Part shown: piece after piece, positions 1-13,500 of the stretch
Position numbering within the stretch: the first letter of the stretch is position 1
Layout: every line of letters starts with the position of its first letter
Position numbers and translations under genes: made by a program
DNA from: Azolla caroliniana
Lineage: Eukaryota; Plantae; Polypodiophyta
Assembly (NCBI GenBank): GCA_043228905.1
Contig: JBHGNT010000018.1
Location: 11,408,001 to 11,472,000 of the forward strand
Direction: 5' to 3'
DNA length: 64,000 nt
Notes under the pieces: model-generated
What the model was told of the DNA's origin: nothing
The model's database searches: none
What the model saw: the letters and a program-made list of their open reading frames with translations, nothing else

Positions 1-1578
1 TTACTGTTACAGGAGTTCGAGTTTGAAATATTCCACCGACCCGATATACAACATGTCGTGGCGGATTACTTAAGCCGATTAGAGTCCGGAGAGACGGGTG
101 ATGGAGTAGCGGATGAGTTTCCGGATGCAGAGCTGTTTCGAGTCACTACGGAGACGGCAGCAGATGAGACAGTGGCACAGGAAGACAAATGGCTCACAAA
201 TATGCACCAGTTTCTGAGCACAGGACTGCCTCCGGAAGAGATGAACCGGGACGAACGGAAACGCCTGGTGGTGCAAAGCCGACATTTCTGCTTACTGCAA
301 GACACACTGTACCACAAGGGCGCGGACGGCATATGGAGACGGGCGGTGCGCAGCGATGAAAAGGAACTGATACTGAGGGAAGCCCATTGTGGAGTTGCCG
401 GAGGTCACTATGCCGGAGATGCGACGGCTAGGAATATATGGCAAAGTGGCCTATGGTGGCCAACGACACTAAGAGATGCGGTACGATACGCAAAAGAATG
501 TGACCTATGCTAGAGAATGGGCCAGCCAACGGAGCAAGCTCGTATGCCACACCAGCCGGTACTACCACTCGAGCCATTCCAGAAGTGGGGGCTGAACTTT
601 GTAGGACCCTTCAAGTCACCGGCAATGAGAACGGGTAATCGGTACGTCATCGTTGCTACGGATTATTGCATGAAATGGGTGGAGGCCAAAGCATTAAGGG
701 ATAACACCGCTGCGTCAACGGCGAAGTTTCTATATGAGTACATCTGGTGCCGTTACGGATGCCCAATTGAATTAATAAGCGACCAAGGGGGGCACTTTCT
801 CGGCCAAGTAGTGGAAAGCCTGACGACATTCTATGCCGTTGTCCACAAACGGAGCACACCTTACTATCCACAGGCGAACGGTTTAGCGGAATCAATGAAC
901 AAGACGCTCCAGAATATCCTCCGGAAGATCGTCAACGAAAACTGGACGGATTGGGACACAAAGCTACATAGCGCGCTTTGGGCATACCGGACGGCATACA
1001 AAACGAGCATCTGAACAACACCGTTCCGGTTAGCGTTCGGACTAGAGGCGGTCATGCCGGTAGAATTCCAAGTACCCAGCTTACGGATCCAGCTACAGAA
1101 ACGGCTGAACGAGAAGGAGTCGGAGGCAATACGGTTGACAGCGCTGTGTGAGCTCGAGGAACAACGACTAGCCAGTATCCTGCATTTAGAATTGGAGCAA
1201 CGGCGACGGAAAGCATTTGTCGATCGGCACAGGAAAGGTAACGAAAAAATGTTCGCAATCGGCAAACAGGTGTTAGTATTTCAGACCCGGATGGGCAAGA
1301 TGCCGGGTAAACTACGGTTTAGATGGACCGGACCGTATTGGCTAACACGAGAGTATAATGGGTCCTACCAGTTAGGGACACTTGCTGGCGAAGTGCTAGG
1401 CAAATGGGTCAACGGATTCCGGTTGAAGCCATATAGAGGACCGATGCCTAAGAACCCATTTGAGCAAAGGACCGACACCAGTGAGGGAAACGGCAACCAC
1501 CAAGACGCCAGAGAAGGCGAGCCGGTAACTGGGGAGAATGAGGCCGGTAAGGTTCTGAGAGGACCAACGGACAAGTGA
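1..1578 (+). pseudogene. pol: gypsy pol C-terminus (RNaseH end + integrase), in-frame stops at 511 and 1012
   Basis: ADYLSR; HHCC zinc finger (AH..GGH..CDLC); core ISDQGGHF and QANGLAE; C-terminal KLRFRWTGPY. ORFs 58-513, 517-1014 and 1054-1578 are in one frame. Confidence 0.92.
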
Positions 1579-1988
1579 CGTCACACTAAATTAAATTATA
1601 ATTATAGAAAAAAAATAAAAAAATAAAAAAATAAAAAATAAAAATAAAAAATATAAAACAATCATGCAAAAGCGAGGAATGAATGGATGAAAGAGCGAGG
1701 AGCGAAAAGGTACGTAGTGGGCATTTAAAGCGCCACCATAGGACATAATGCTATTTTAGTACACGACATGCACACACTCGAAAAAGGCGCTAGAATGCAC
1801 AGACAATACCATTGCGCGTAGAGACCCTTTACTTTCGCGAACCTAGGAGCACAGAAGCACCAAGATGCTGCAAGATCATCAGACGAGAACCTGCGCATAG
1901 AGAACCCCCGCCTTCTGAACTCTCTCTCTCTCAACCTCACTCTCATCACCATCCAACCTCGCCACCGCAATCCGACCTCGACACAGAA

Positions 1989-4779
1989 ATGGACCCGCAA
2001 ACGCTGTCGGAAGCCGCCAAGACATGGCTAAAGCAACACGGGCTCGAGGGCTTCTTGATGATGATGGAAGTACCGCCACACAAAGAAGCCGACAAAGTGA
2101 TCAAAGAAATCGACACAGAGGTCATAACGACAGAGGCGATTCGAGCGTTAACAGGCCTTCCGAAGGGAGGCATACTCACGATCGACAATCCAACCCCGGA
2201 GCAACTCATCAGGTATTTTGGTGAGTATTCTCTAGCCAGCAAGGGCTACCGGACACAGGGCGGCGGAGACATGCTGTTCCGCGAGATTGCTTGTGTGCTC
2301 CACGAGTACGGCCACGTGTACCCTAGACCCCCTGTCATGCCGTAGAACCGGGCAGGGATGATCATTGCCACCTATGAAGGGATCAAGGTGGATTGGCTAG
2401 TATTGATCGCAGACGGGTTGTGTGCGGCCATCGAGATCGTCAGAGGCAAAGACGGCAAAGAAGGCCGAGACGGACGGAGGATATGGCACGCCGTAACGCA
2501 GTGGCTCACCTTGCTTGTGCCACCCGTCCAGCCTGTCCAGCCCAAGAAGCGAGGAAGAGTGGGCAGATGGCACCCCAAAGACGGCTTCCAAACGACAACA
2601 GATGTTGGCCTCTAAGGCCACTAAGGGAAAGGCGGCGGATGCAGAACAGGCGGCAGCAAGAAGCGGCAGTCGGAAGCGCCCAACGGAGGCGCAGGAGGAA
2701 CCACCGGCATGGCCCATAAAGGTCACACTCCGCTGACCGGTGAATAGAGAAGCGGACCCCTTGGCGGCAAAACTCAATGTCGGGGCTCAGGAGGAGGAAA
2801 TAGAGGAGGAGCCCACGGAGCCCTCCAACGACGGTCGTGGGCAAGGACCGTTGAGACAGCCGGGAAACGTTCGGACCCTCAGACGGAGGGAACACCGTCT
2901 CCCCTTAGTGAGACTCCCACGCCAAGGAAGGAACCGGAACCGGTGCGCATGGCACCGGAAACAGAAGCCCCGGCACCACCGGCAACACTGGCAAGTCCCA
3001 TCCCGCTAGAGCCGGAAAGGTCAATGCAGCCTCCCTCGGTCAGCCAAGAAGAAGCAAGGGGAACCAGGACAACAGGGTGGTCCACGGGCAGAAACGGAAC
3101 TGCAACTCGGCACAACCAGGCGGGACCACCCCTCTACAAGTGAGCCCATCTGTCAAACCTCCGTGCAAGCACAACAAGGCACCGGTAGCCTGTGGCTCCG
3201 GTGGATAGGCGAACAGATAGCCGGAGCAGTGGGGTATATTGAGGCGGAAGAAAGAGCGCAAAGCGAACGGTTGCTCGTCACAATCGAACAACTAGAGACG
3301 ACCCGGTCCAGAATCCGGTGCCTTGAAAAAGACTTGGATCAGGTCACGACAGAGATGGCCAAAATGGCCTTAACGGCAACACAGATCCAATCACCGGTGA
3401 CTCCGGTAAGTGTACAGAATAAAGAAATGGAACGACTTGTACATAGCAACAAGACCCCGGCAACGGAAACCGTTCCGGCGAGAGATGCGGCGCAAGCCCA
3501 GGAGCTTGCGGAATTGAGAGATGAACTTGCCGCACAAGAAGCGCTAAGGAGTCGTGAACGAGAATTGAAGAAAACGGCCGAAGCCGAATTAAAGAAGACT
3601 GTTGAGAATCTCCGCCGGGCAGAGGAGAGCCTCCGGAAAGGCCATCAAGCGTACGATCGGCTAAAGGAGGAGAAAGACAAAGTGCTGCAGGAAAAGGACA
3701 AGCTGCGGAAAACGGCGGAAACAGAGATTGAACGGCTAAAGGAAGAGCTCCGCCAGCAGAAGGTCCGCGAGGACCGGGCTCGTCGTCAGATCAACGCACG
3801 ACTCAAGCAAAAGACAGATGATTTTGAGCACCTACACCGGGACTACAAACGGCTGGAAACGGAGGATAAAGAACGGATGGCCGAGCTCCAACAGGCAGTT
3901 GATCGGGCCGCGACGGCGATCGCCGACGAATGTGTGGAAAATACAAGACGCTTGGACGAGGCGGAGAAGGTCCGGATGGAGCTCGAGAGGTAGCATCAAG
4001 AAGACAAAGAGAGAGCGTCAACAGTATTGCAGAAATTACAAAGCACATATCAAAGGCAATTGACGCATTACAAGGCGCAGGCGGAGGACAACGTCAAAAT
4101 CATCAAACAACTGAAGGAGGAACGGCAAGTGGCGGAAACCAAATCGCAATTGGGAACGAGCCGGATTCAGTCCATCCTCCGGGCATGGCTGAATCAGACA
4201 AAACACTTGATTGATGAAAGCTCCGTAAAATGGTGGACAAAGTGGGCCCAAAACGCGGCGGAACTCCAGTTGCTACGGGAAGATGTGGCAAACCGGCGGA
4301 AGGAAGGAGATGATTGTTATACGTTGACTTCCGAGGACTTCACCGCCATACGGGACGAGCTGGCCGACGACTTCCAAGTCCTGGCAGATGAACAGTTGGC
4401 GCAGGTCAGGCAGCTCATAGCTCAGCTAGACGATGATAGGCTGGACGCTCAAATCCAGTTTGAAAGCTACGAGCGGTCCCGGGTTCGGGAAGAAAAAGCA
4501 CGGGAAGCGGCAACGGTTAACCTTAGTGATGAGGAACCGTCACCGGCTGAGGGCCAGCCGGGAACCAGTCAACCAGAGACCACTACGACGCAGGGAGCAA
4601 CGACGGAGATGCCGGTGTCAGAGCAACAAACGGAGGAGCATCCGCAGCAGCCACCAACGGACCCGCCGCAACAAACATCAACAGAGCAGCAACAACAACA
4701 ACAACAACAACAACCACTTCTAGATGAACCATTGGAGCCTCTCGAACAAAGCATTCTGGAAATTTTGGACGAAGAATAG
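1989..4779 (+). pseudogene. retrotransposon extra ORF (~900 aa before decay): N-terminal globular domain, disordered linker, long coiled coil, polyQ tail
   Basis: Chain of sense ORFs 1812-2345, 2358-2615, 2515-3143, 3163-3993, 4027-4779 separated by single stops or frameshifts; E/K/R heptad-like stretch; (CAA)n at ~4690-4712. Confidence 0.7.
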
Positions 4780-4833
4780 CAAGGGTCGGTTGTGGATTCG
4801 ACGTACAAGGTACTGTCCCACGGGCGTGCCATG

Positions 4834-5136
4834 TGTTACCGGCCGACAAAGGAGTCCAGAGTGTGAAACAGAGAGTTATTTAAGTAGTAGGATTGTGGTT
4901 GTAATTAAGCTATGAGTGTGGACGGACGGACCGGAATCGGTATGCCGTTCCGGATCCGGACCGATCCCGAACAGGTGCGGATGGCACCGTTTTGTAATAC
5001 AGACCGGAAACCTATTTAAAGGCCCAGATATAATGTAATGGGGAGCGGTGAATTAATAAAAGCTTAGCGTTGTTATCTATCTGTGTTAATTGCCATTCTG
5101 TCTTAATTGTTATATCTTACGCGTGTGTTTATGAAA
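4834..5136 (+). repeat. probable truncated 3' LTR of G0
   Basis: Starts TGTTACC just after the extra-ORF stop region; TATA-like and polyA-like motifs; no second copy in the window to confirm the boundary. Confidence 0.45.
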
Positions 5137-5753
5137 GATGATCAGGAGTACCCGGCTACGGAGAGCCGGATGGTGCAGACCCGGTATGAACCGGATGAGG
5201 AGTACCTGGCTACGGAGAGCTGGATGGTACAGACCCGGTGAGAACCGGATGAGGAGTACCCGGTTACAGAGAGCCGGATGGTGCAGACCTGGTATGAACC
5301 GGATGAAGAGACATATTCATAAATATATTTCTGAGAGCCCATCGAGGCTATATTTGTAAATAGCCGAAAAGTCATATTAGTATAAATATGACTTAGGGCA
5401 AACTTTTAGTAGGAGTTGTCATTCTTGTTGGTGCAAGTATAGAGAGTGTGCGTAACTGTACAAAGAGAGAGAGAAAGAGGTGGTTGCCTCTGTTGTAACC
5501 GCCGCCTGTGGCGAAGATCTGTGAGCACGAGGTCGTTGCCTCAATGAATTCACTGTTGTACATTCTTACATAGTGACAGTTTGCAGCCTGTGGGCTGCCG
5601 TGGTTTTTTCCCCTAGTTTGGGGTTTTTCCACGTAAACCTCCTGTGTATTCTCTTCTTCTTTATGTCGCGTTTTATTTCCCGTTTTCTGTGTATGAAAAG
5701 AATCTCGCTTGTGGCCGAGCGTTGGACATAAGGAGCGTTGAGTTCCCGTCAAG

Positions 5754-5765
5754 TGGTATCAGAGC
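5754..5765 (+). promoter_or_regulatory. PBS, tRNA-iMet (TGGTATCAGAGC)
   Basis: Canonical plant iMet PBS 2 nt after the LTR end. Confidence 0.95.
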
Positions 5766-6613
5766 GAAACGACACAGAAAATGGACGAATCGTTTGGCGG
5801 CATGTTCAAGCTCACCGGCTCCAACTATTCAGTGTGGAAGTCGAAGATGAGGGACATGCTCGTGGTTAAAGACCTCTAGATGCCGGTTCAGTTCGGGGAC
5901 AAGAGACCGGACAAAATCGACGCCGCGATATGGGAGGTGATGCACATGAAGACAACTGCGTACATACGGTGCTTCATCGACATGAGCCTATACAACAACT
6001 TCAATGAGGAGAGCAAGGCTCATGAGCTCTGGGAGCAGATCGGCATAATGTTTCAAAACAAAAATGTTGTTAATTAGGTTTCGGTACTCTGGAAGCTAGT
6101 AAGACTCCGGTACCAAGATGGCTCCAGCATGGCGGAGCACATGAATGCCTTCCAAGGGCTGATACACCAGGCAACATCATTGGAAGTACCTCTCTCCGAC
6201 GAGGTACTAGCGCTACTCCTACTCGGTTCCCTCCTGGATAGCTGGAAGACGTTGGTTGTCACTCTGGGCAACGCCGGGCCGGAAGGAAAGCGGTTATCCC
6301 TAGCAAGAGTAAAATCGAGCTTGCTAGATGAGGAGGCGCATTGGAAAGATAAGGAGAGGGTCCCGAGTATGCTAGCGCATGCAAAACTACCCAAGAAGTT
6401 TTGGGCTGAGGCATTGTCAACGGCGACATACGTGATAAACAGATCACCCTCAGTGCCCTTGGACGGAGACACGCCACAGAGAGTATGGACCGGTAAGGAA
6501 GTGTCCTACCGGCATCTGAAGGTGTTCGGGTGTCTCGCGTACGTGCATGTAGCTAAGGACCGGAGAGGAAAGCTAGATCCAAAGACCCGGCCATGCATAT
6601 TCCTCGGTTACGG

Positions 6614-8169
6614 TGTCGCGAAAATACTACGAGGATACGTGAACTTGAGGCAGGACCCCGGGGCCTCCGACCGAAGGATAATCACATGTGTGCGTTTATA
6701 TTTTTTAACAATTAACAGAAAGAAGAAATTTAATAATTTTCATTAACAAAGGAAAAAAGAAATTACAATATGTCCCAAGATTGGGATTTAGAAGTTTTAG
6801 GTTTACTAAGATTAATAGAAAAGAAAAAAATTAGGGGTTTTGAGAGATATCGCTTCCGTAGGGAAGATTAGGATTAGGTTATATGAGTATTATGGTTTCC
6901 ATAGGGAATTTTAGGGTTTTCGAGAGTTATGGCTTCCTTAAGATAAGGGAGTTGAGAAGAAAAAATAATAATATGGAGAGTCTATCCTAGTGTAGGAAAA
7001 AGAATGGAATAAAAATGGAGTTCTCCCTTGATCATAACTTTTTCACTTTTTGTTGCATGGCCTCTACTTTTAGTTGCCTAGCTTTTTCTTTTGGTTGCAT
7101 GTGACTGTCCACATGACCTTTACTTTTTCCATGCACTCCCTTCTTTAGTTGCTTGCGTCCACATGGCCTTTACTTTAGTTCTCTTCACTTTACTTTAGTT
7201 TGTTGCATGATCCAATCTTTCATCCGTCCGCGTCCAACATCGTCCGGTAGCCAATTCCATTTTGCTTGCCGGTCGGTTCCGGTTCCGATTTTGCTTGCCG
7301 GCCGGTTCCGGTTCCGGTTTTGCTTGCCGGCCGGTTTCGATTTTGCTTGCCGGCTGGTTCCAGTTCCGGTTTTGCTTGCCGGTTCTGGTTCTGGTTTTGC
7401 TTACCGGCCGGTTTCCAGCTTTGCTTGCCGACCGGTTTCCGGTTTGCATACCCGTTCCAGTTCCGGTTTGCTTGCCGGCCGGTTCCGGTTTGCTTGCTGG
7501 CCGGTTCCGGTTTTGCATACCAGCCGGTTTCCGGATTGCATACCGGCCCGTTTCCGTATTGCTTGCCGGTTCCGGTTCCGGTTTCAATTTTGCTTGCCGG
7601 CCGGTTCCAGTTCCGGTTTTGCTTGCCGGCCGGTACCGGTTTGCTTGCCGGTTCTGGTTCTGGTTTTGCTTACCGGCCGGTTTCCGGCTTTGCTTGCCGA
7701 CCGGTTTCCGGTTTGCATACCCGTTCCAGTTCCGGTTTGCTTGCCGGCTAGTTCCGGTTTTGCATACCAGCCGGTTTCCGGATTGCATACCGGCCCGTTT
7801 CCGGATTTGCTTACCGGGCTCGTTTCCAAATTTGTTTACCAGCCGGTTTCCGGTTTTAGGGAATTTGGCCACCATCATCTATCAAGACAAAGTGGCCAAA
7901 GTGCTCTTAGCACAAATGAAAAATGAGGGAGCTCAAGGTGTTTATATAGCCAGGGCCTTAACTTTCCTATCTATGTGGGATAGTTCTAATTTCTCTATCT
8001 AATCAAACTTCATTTTCTCATAACTTGATATGTATTTCTCCATTTTGTATATAGTAAAATACATTTTGAAGCTCTTGAGTATATCCATATTTCTATAGTA
8101 AGCTACTAATCTAATCTATAATAATTATTTCATTATTTTTTTACATAGTGTGTGAAGATTCACACGACA
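6614..8169 (-). mobile_element. G2 gypsy solo LTR (1556 bp)
   Basis: TGTCG...CGACA ends; 4-bp TSD ACGG/ACAG; interrupts the Copia codons GYG|DDEFG; reverse complement of 36105-37473. Confidence 0.92.
7240..7860. repeat. CCGG-rich degenerate minisatellite (GCTTGCCGGCCGGTTCCGGTTTT-like units) inside the G2 LTR
   Basis: Visible tandem units; a shorter version is at ~36420-36845. Confidence 0.9.
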
Positions 8170-10531
8170 ACAGTGACGATGAGTTCGGCTACCGAGTGTG
8201 GGACCCGGTCGACAAGAAGGTATTTCGGAGTCGAGATATTATCTTCATGGAGGACAAGACGCTCGCCGACTGGGAGTCGAAGAAGAAGATAATGAACTCC
8301 GAGTCGACCGGTAAGGATCGACTCTACGATGATTAGACCCAACCGGCGAGAGACCAGTTAGCACTTGAAGAACCAGCCGGATACGGTGAGGATACCGAAC
8401 AGGCTGAAGAAGTAGTAGAGGAAGCTGAAACTGGAACCGGCCAAGACCCCGAATCGAATTCGGATGAAGAGCAAATGGAGGAGCCGGTTACCGAAGCCCG
8501 AAGATGGAGATATCCTCTCAGAGAGAGAAGGGCCCCCCCGGAGATTTCCGGATGCAGAGCATGTTCTGCTGACCGATGAGGGGGAGCCGGAAAGCTTCAA
8601 GGAAGCGAAGGATGACACCCACAGCCGAAAATGGTTAAGTGCCATGCAGGACGAGATGGATTCCCTACATGAGAACCATACGTACGAATTGGTGGAGTTG
8701 CCGAAAGGAAAGCGGGCACTCCGAAACAAGTGGGTGTACAAGTTGAAACCGGGAGATGCCGGCAACCCCCCGAGATACAAAGCTAGGATCGTGGTGAAGG
8801 GGTTCCAGCAGAAGAAGGGCGTGGACTTCGACTAGATATTTCCCCCGGTAGTAAAGATGACCTCCATCCGGACGTTGTTGAGTATAGCGGCAAGCATGGA
8901 CCTCGAGGCAGAACAGTTGGACGTGAAGACGACATTCCTTCACGGCGACCTCGAAGAGGAGATCTACATGCAGCAACCGGAAGGATTTGTGGAGAAAGGG
9001 AAGGAGCACCTGGTATGCCGGCTGAAGAAGAGCCTGTACGGACTAAATCAAGCTCGCCGACAATGGTACCGGAAGTTCGATTCCTTCATGACCGATCAAG
9101 GGTACCACAAGATGCAGGCCGATCACTACGTGTTTGTGAAGAAGTTCGAAGGAGGCGACTTCTTGATACTCCTCCTGTACGTGGATGACATGTTGATCGT
9201 CGAACGTGACCAAGTCAAAATACGGATGCTGAAGAAGGCTCTCAACCGGACCTTCTCAATGAAAGACTTGGGTCCGGCAAGACAGATGCTGGGGATGCAT
9301 ATCATTCAGGACCGGTCAAAGAAGCAATTATGGCTGTCACAGGAGAAGTACGTGACCAAGGTGCTTCACCGGTTCAACATGTCAGAAGCGAAACCGGTCG
9401 GATCGACACTTCCGGCAAATTGCAGGCTATCCAGTAAGCAAAGCCCGAAGACGAAAGCAGAGAAGGCAGATATGATGAAGATTCCATATGCCTCTGCCGT
9501 CGGGAGCTTGATGTACACAATGGTTTGTACCCGACCGGACATAGGATACGCAGTCGGAGTGGTGAGCCGGTTTATGAGCAATCCCGGCAAGGAGCACTGG
9601 AACGCGGTCAAATGGATACTCCGGTATTTGAAGGGCACTTCAAATATGTGTCTCCGATTCAGCTCCGGAAAACCTCAACTTGACGGTTTCACCGATTCGG
9701 ACATGTCGGCTGATGTGGATACCAGCTGGTCTACATCCGGGTATGTAATGACATATGCAGGGGGAGCTGTTTCATGGCAGTCGAGGTTGCAAAAGACGGT
9801 TGCATTGTCAACCACAGAGGCGAAGTACATGGCGGCTGTGGAAGCCGGCAAGGAAAGATTATGGATGAAGGACTTCATCGGAGAGCTCGGTATCCGGCAA
9901 GAGGAATACCGACTCTATTGCGACAGTCAAAGTGCCATCCACCTTGCTAAGAATGCGGCCTACCATTCCCGGACGAAGCATATCCAGTGGAGGTATCACT
10001 GGATCCGGGAAAGAGTAGATGACCAGGAGTTCGCATTGATGAAGATCCACACGGCCGAGAACGGGTCAGATATGCTGACCAAAGTGCTGACACCCGACAA
10101 GCTAGACGCATGCCGGAAGAGGATCAGACTGGTAAGACACCCCATGCCGCAGTGAAGGGGGAGTTTGTTGGGAGGTCCCTCCGGATGGGAAGGGAGAAGA
10201 ACAGTGCTGAGGAACAAGCTCGGCCGAGGCCGAACCCGGATGAGGAGTACCCGGCTACGGTGAGCCGTATGGTGCAGACCCGGCATGAACCAGATGAGGA
10301 GTACCCGGCTACGGAGAGCCGGATGGTGCAGACTCGACATGAACCGGATGAGGAGTACCCGGCTACGGAGAGCCGGATGGTGCAGACCCGGTATGAACCG
10401 GATGAGGAGTACCCGGCTACGGAGAGCCGGATGGTGCAGACCCGGTATGAACTGGATGAAGAGACATATTCGTAAATATGTTTCTGAGAGCCCATCGAGA
10501 CTATATTTGTAAATAGCCGAAAAGTCATATT

Positions 10532-13500
10532 TGTCGAATACAAGTGTATAATGGACGTATTCACACTATCCCTTTGTATAGCCCAAGTTTGGGGCATTTG
10601 TGTAATTAGCATAAAGGGTAGTTGCCCTAAGTCGGTCACTATATATAGTGACCTTGTAACCTTTTTGTAAGGTTGGGTGTTGTATTATTGCTTTTGGGAT
10701 ATAGAAAGTCTTTTGTGCCTCTCTCTCTCTCTCTCTCTCTCTGTGCAAACGACCCAAAAACTGTCATACGCAGGTACAGAACAGAATCGAATGCTTCTTG
10801 ATCTTCCGCATAGACGACCTTGTCTCCAACACCTGGTATCAGAGCCTGCACAGTATTCGGTCCTTCATCCCGCTGTCGGCCGTCGTCTCAGCCTGCACAG
10901 CATTCGGTTTCTTGCGTCATTCGAAGAAGAGAGAAGAAGAAGAAAAACGAGGTTTGCATCTCATCGCGTTAGATCATCTTCGCTTGGAGTAAGCCAGCAG
11001 GTTGTACTCTGTCCCTTGTGATCGTAACCGCTCGAGGTGAAATCCCCTTGTGCAACATTGACACGATCGTGCTCCATTCGGTTAAACGGCATCCGAAGAG
11101 GTCATCAAACGCTGCTCGCCGCTCATTGTAACCACTCGGTGCAGATCGGTCTCAAGACAACAACCCAAATTCGTGCTTCATCTGGCTGATCGACATTCAG
11201 GAGGATCAGTTGGATCCGTCTCTCTCGTTGCTGCAGTCAACCGAAGCAGAATCGGTCCAGATAATCGGTTTCAATAATCGGTATTCGGCATATATATCCG
11301 AAGCGAACCGGGCTCACTCCGACTCGGCAACATTCGGGAAGACCAGTCGGTTCTGTCCCTCAAGCTACCGGAGTCAATTCGAGCAAGTTCCGAAGCCGAA
11401 CCGACTCGGGTTCAAATCCGACTAGAATGATATCGGGTGAGCCAACCGGCTGCACTCCAACAAGGTTCGTAGTCAACTCCGGACCGAGCTTCGTCAACCG
11501 AAACCGAATTTGATGGCATCAACATCCGGCTCGTCAGAAATGAGTCTACGAAAGTTCGATGGATCGAACTTCAACTTCTGGAAGGAGCAAATGCAGGACT
11601 ATCTCATAGTCAAGGGGCAAATCGATCCCATCGAAAATGAAGAACCTCCAGAAGGATACAAACCAACTGAGTGGCAGAAACTGGACAGAATCGTCCGCGC
11701 CACGATTCGGATGCACCTATCAGAATCGGTATACTTTACGGTGCAATCGTGTACGACATCATTCGAACTGTGGAAAACACTGTCGGACACTTACGAAAAG
11801 AAGGTCGCCGCAACGAAGATGTTTCTGATCCGGCGCCTCTACAACTTGCGGATGAAAGAATCTGACTCGGTTCAAGCACACCTCAATGAGTACGAAAGCA
11901 TAAGCTCCCAAATCTCGTCACAGGGGACGGCAATCGAGGATGAGCTCAGAGCAATGATACTCATGAGCAGCCTTCCCTCATCATGGGAAACTTTCGTCAC
12001 AACCGTGTGCAACGCGTCAACCACGGCTGTTAAATACTCCGAAGTCACGAGCGCAATCCTGACCGAAGCAGCTCGGAGAAAGTCTTTCGCCAAAGACTCA
12101 ACAGACGACGCTTATGTAGTACAAGGTTCGACAGACCGATCGAACATACAAGGAAGAGATTCCTCACGGCCGCCGAACAATCAGCGAAGACGGAGCCAGT
12201 CACGGGATAACCGAATCTGCAACTATTGCAAGAAACCCGGACACATCAAAGCCGACTGCCGCGCACTCAAGAACAAGAACAACAAGAAGAGTGGCCGGCA
12301 TGAGGAGATCAATTACGTCAGCTTCTCAGCTGATGTGCTACCAGACGACCCGAATATACTATCAATCGAAAATCCAGTCGGATCAGAAGTTCTACTCACG
12401 ACTGAAGAATCGAGCACATGGCTCTTAGATTCGGGCGCGTCATTTCACGTGACTCCTCATCGATCCCAATTTCGGCAATATACGATCCGTCACTCCGACT
12501 CAGTTCGAGTCGGCAACTCACAACACTGTGACATCATCGGAATCGGCACAGTAGAGCTCAACCTTGCAGGTGGCTCTACACTTGTACTCCACAATGTCCG
12601 ACATGTACCCGAGCTCTCAAGGCCATTGATCTCAGTCGGACAACTAGATGAAGACGGCATTCGTGCCGGTTTTTCTTCGGGAGGGTGGACACTCCACAGG
12701 GGGAACCTCCTGCTTGCTAGAGGACCCAAGATACACTCCCTGTATCCGTTACATGTTACGCTCAGAGAGGGTAACCTGTTTTTGGTGGATATTCCTGTGT
12801 CATCACTATGGCACAGAAGATTAGGACACCTCAGCAAGGCCGGCATCACGCACCTATCTAGAGCCGGATACATCCCTAAACTCTCCTTCTCCGACCATCA
12901 ATTCTGCGAACATTGCCAGTATGGCAAACAAGCAGCCACATCACACCCGACATCAGCACCAAAAGAAACGAGACCCCTCGATTTAGTCCACTCGGACGTC
13001 TGTGGCCCAATGCCGCATCAGTCTCTTGGTGGTGCCTCTTACTTCGTCAGTTTTATTGACGATTCGACTCGAAAGGTGTGGGCGTATCCAATTCGCACCA
13101 AAGATCGTGTCTTCTCGATCTTCTCCGATTGGCTCGCTATGGTAGAAAATCAAACCGACCGAAAACTGAAATGCTTTCGGACAGACAATGGGGGAGAGTT
13201 CAAATCAGAAGAATTCGTCAAATTCTGCCGACAACGCGGCATCCGACGTGAATTTACGGCACCACACAGTCCGGAGCAAAACGGGATTGCAGAACGAATG
13301 AATCGGACAATCCAAGAACGGATAGTTTCCATGCTCCAACACTCCGGACTGTCGGATGGCTTCTGGGCAGAGGCTCTACTCACGGCAGTACACATAATCA
13401 ATATGTCGCCAAGTAGACCTCTAGGACTTCAAATTCCTCAGGAACTATGGATCGGCAGTAAGCCAAATTACGACAAGCTGAGGATCTTCGGATGCGAGGC

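Larger units (their letters stand above)
1..5136 (+). mobile_element. G0: 5'-truncated (window edge) non-chromovirus Ty3/gypsy element with 3' extra ORF and truncated 3' LTR
   Basis: RNaseH end, then integrase (gypsy order), then a long extra ORF, then an LTR-like segment with TATA (CCTATTTAAA ~5011) and AATAAA (~5054), abruptly joined to Copia-A LTR repeats at ~5137. Confidence 0.85.
5781..10155 (+). pseudogene. gag-pol: Copia gag-pol with stops, ~1.2 kb gag-to-integrase deletion at ~6352 and G2 LTR insertion
   Basis: gag (LLGSLLDSW) fused directly to INT (FWAEALSTATYVINR); RT YVDDML; RNaseH FTDSD..CDSQSA. Confidence 0.92.

Noticed and set aside
7153-8002. Overlapping 160-260 aa ORFs on both strands (also 36272-36934)
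   Set aside because: Stop-poor CCGG minisatellite inside an LTR; low-complexity translations in several frames
10230-10470. Regular repeats resembling a CRISPR array or a repeat protein (also 5137-5310, 48140-48420, 49930-50155)
   Set aside because: Head-to-tail tandem units with no unique spacers and no cas genes; they lie in Copia LTR U3
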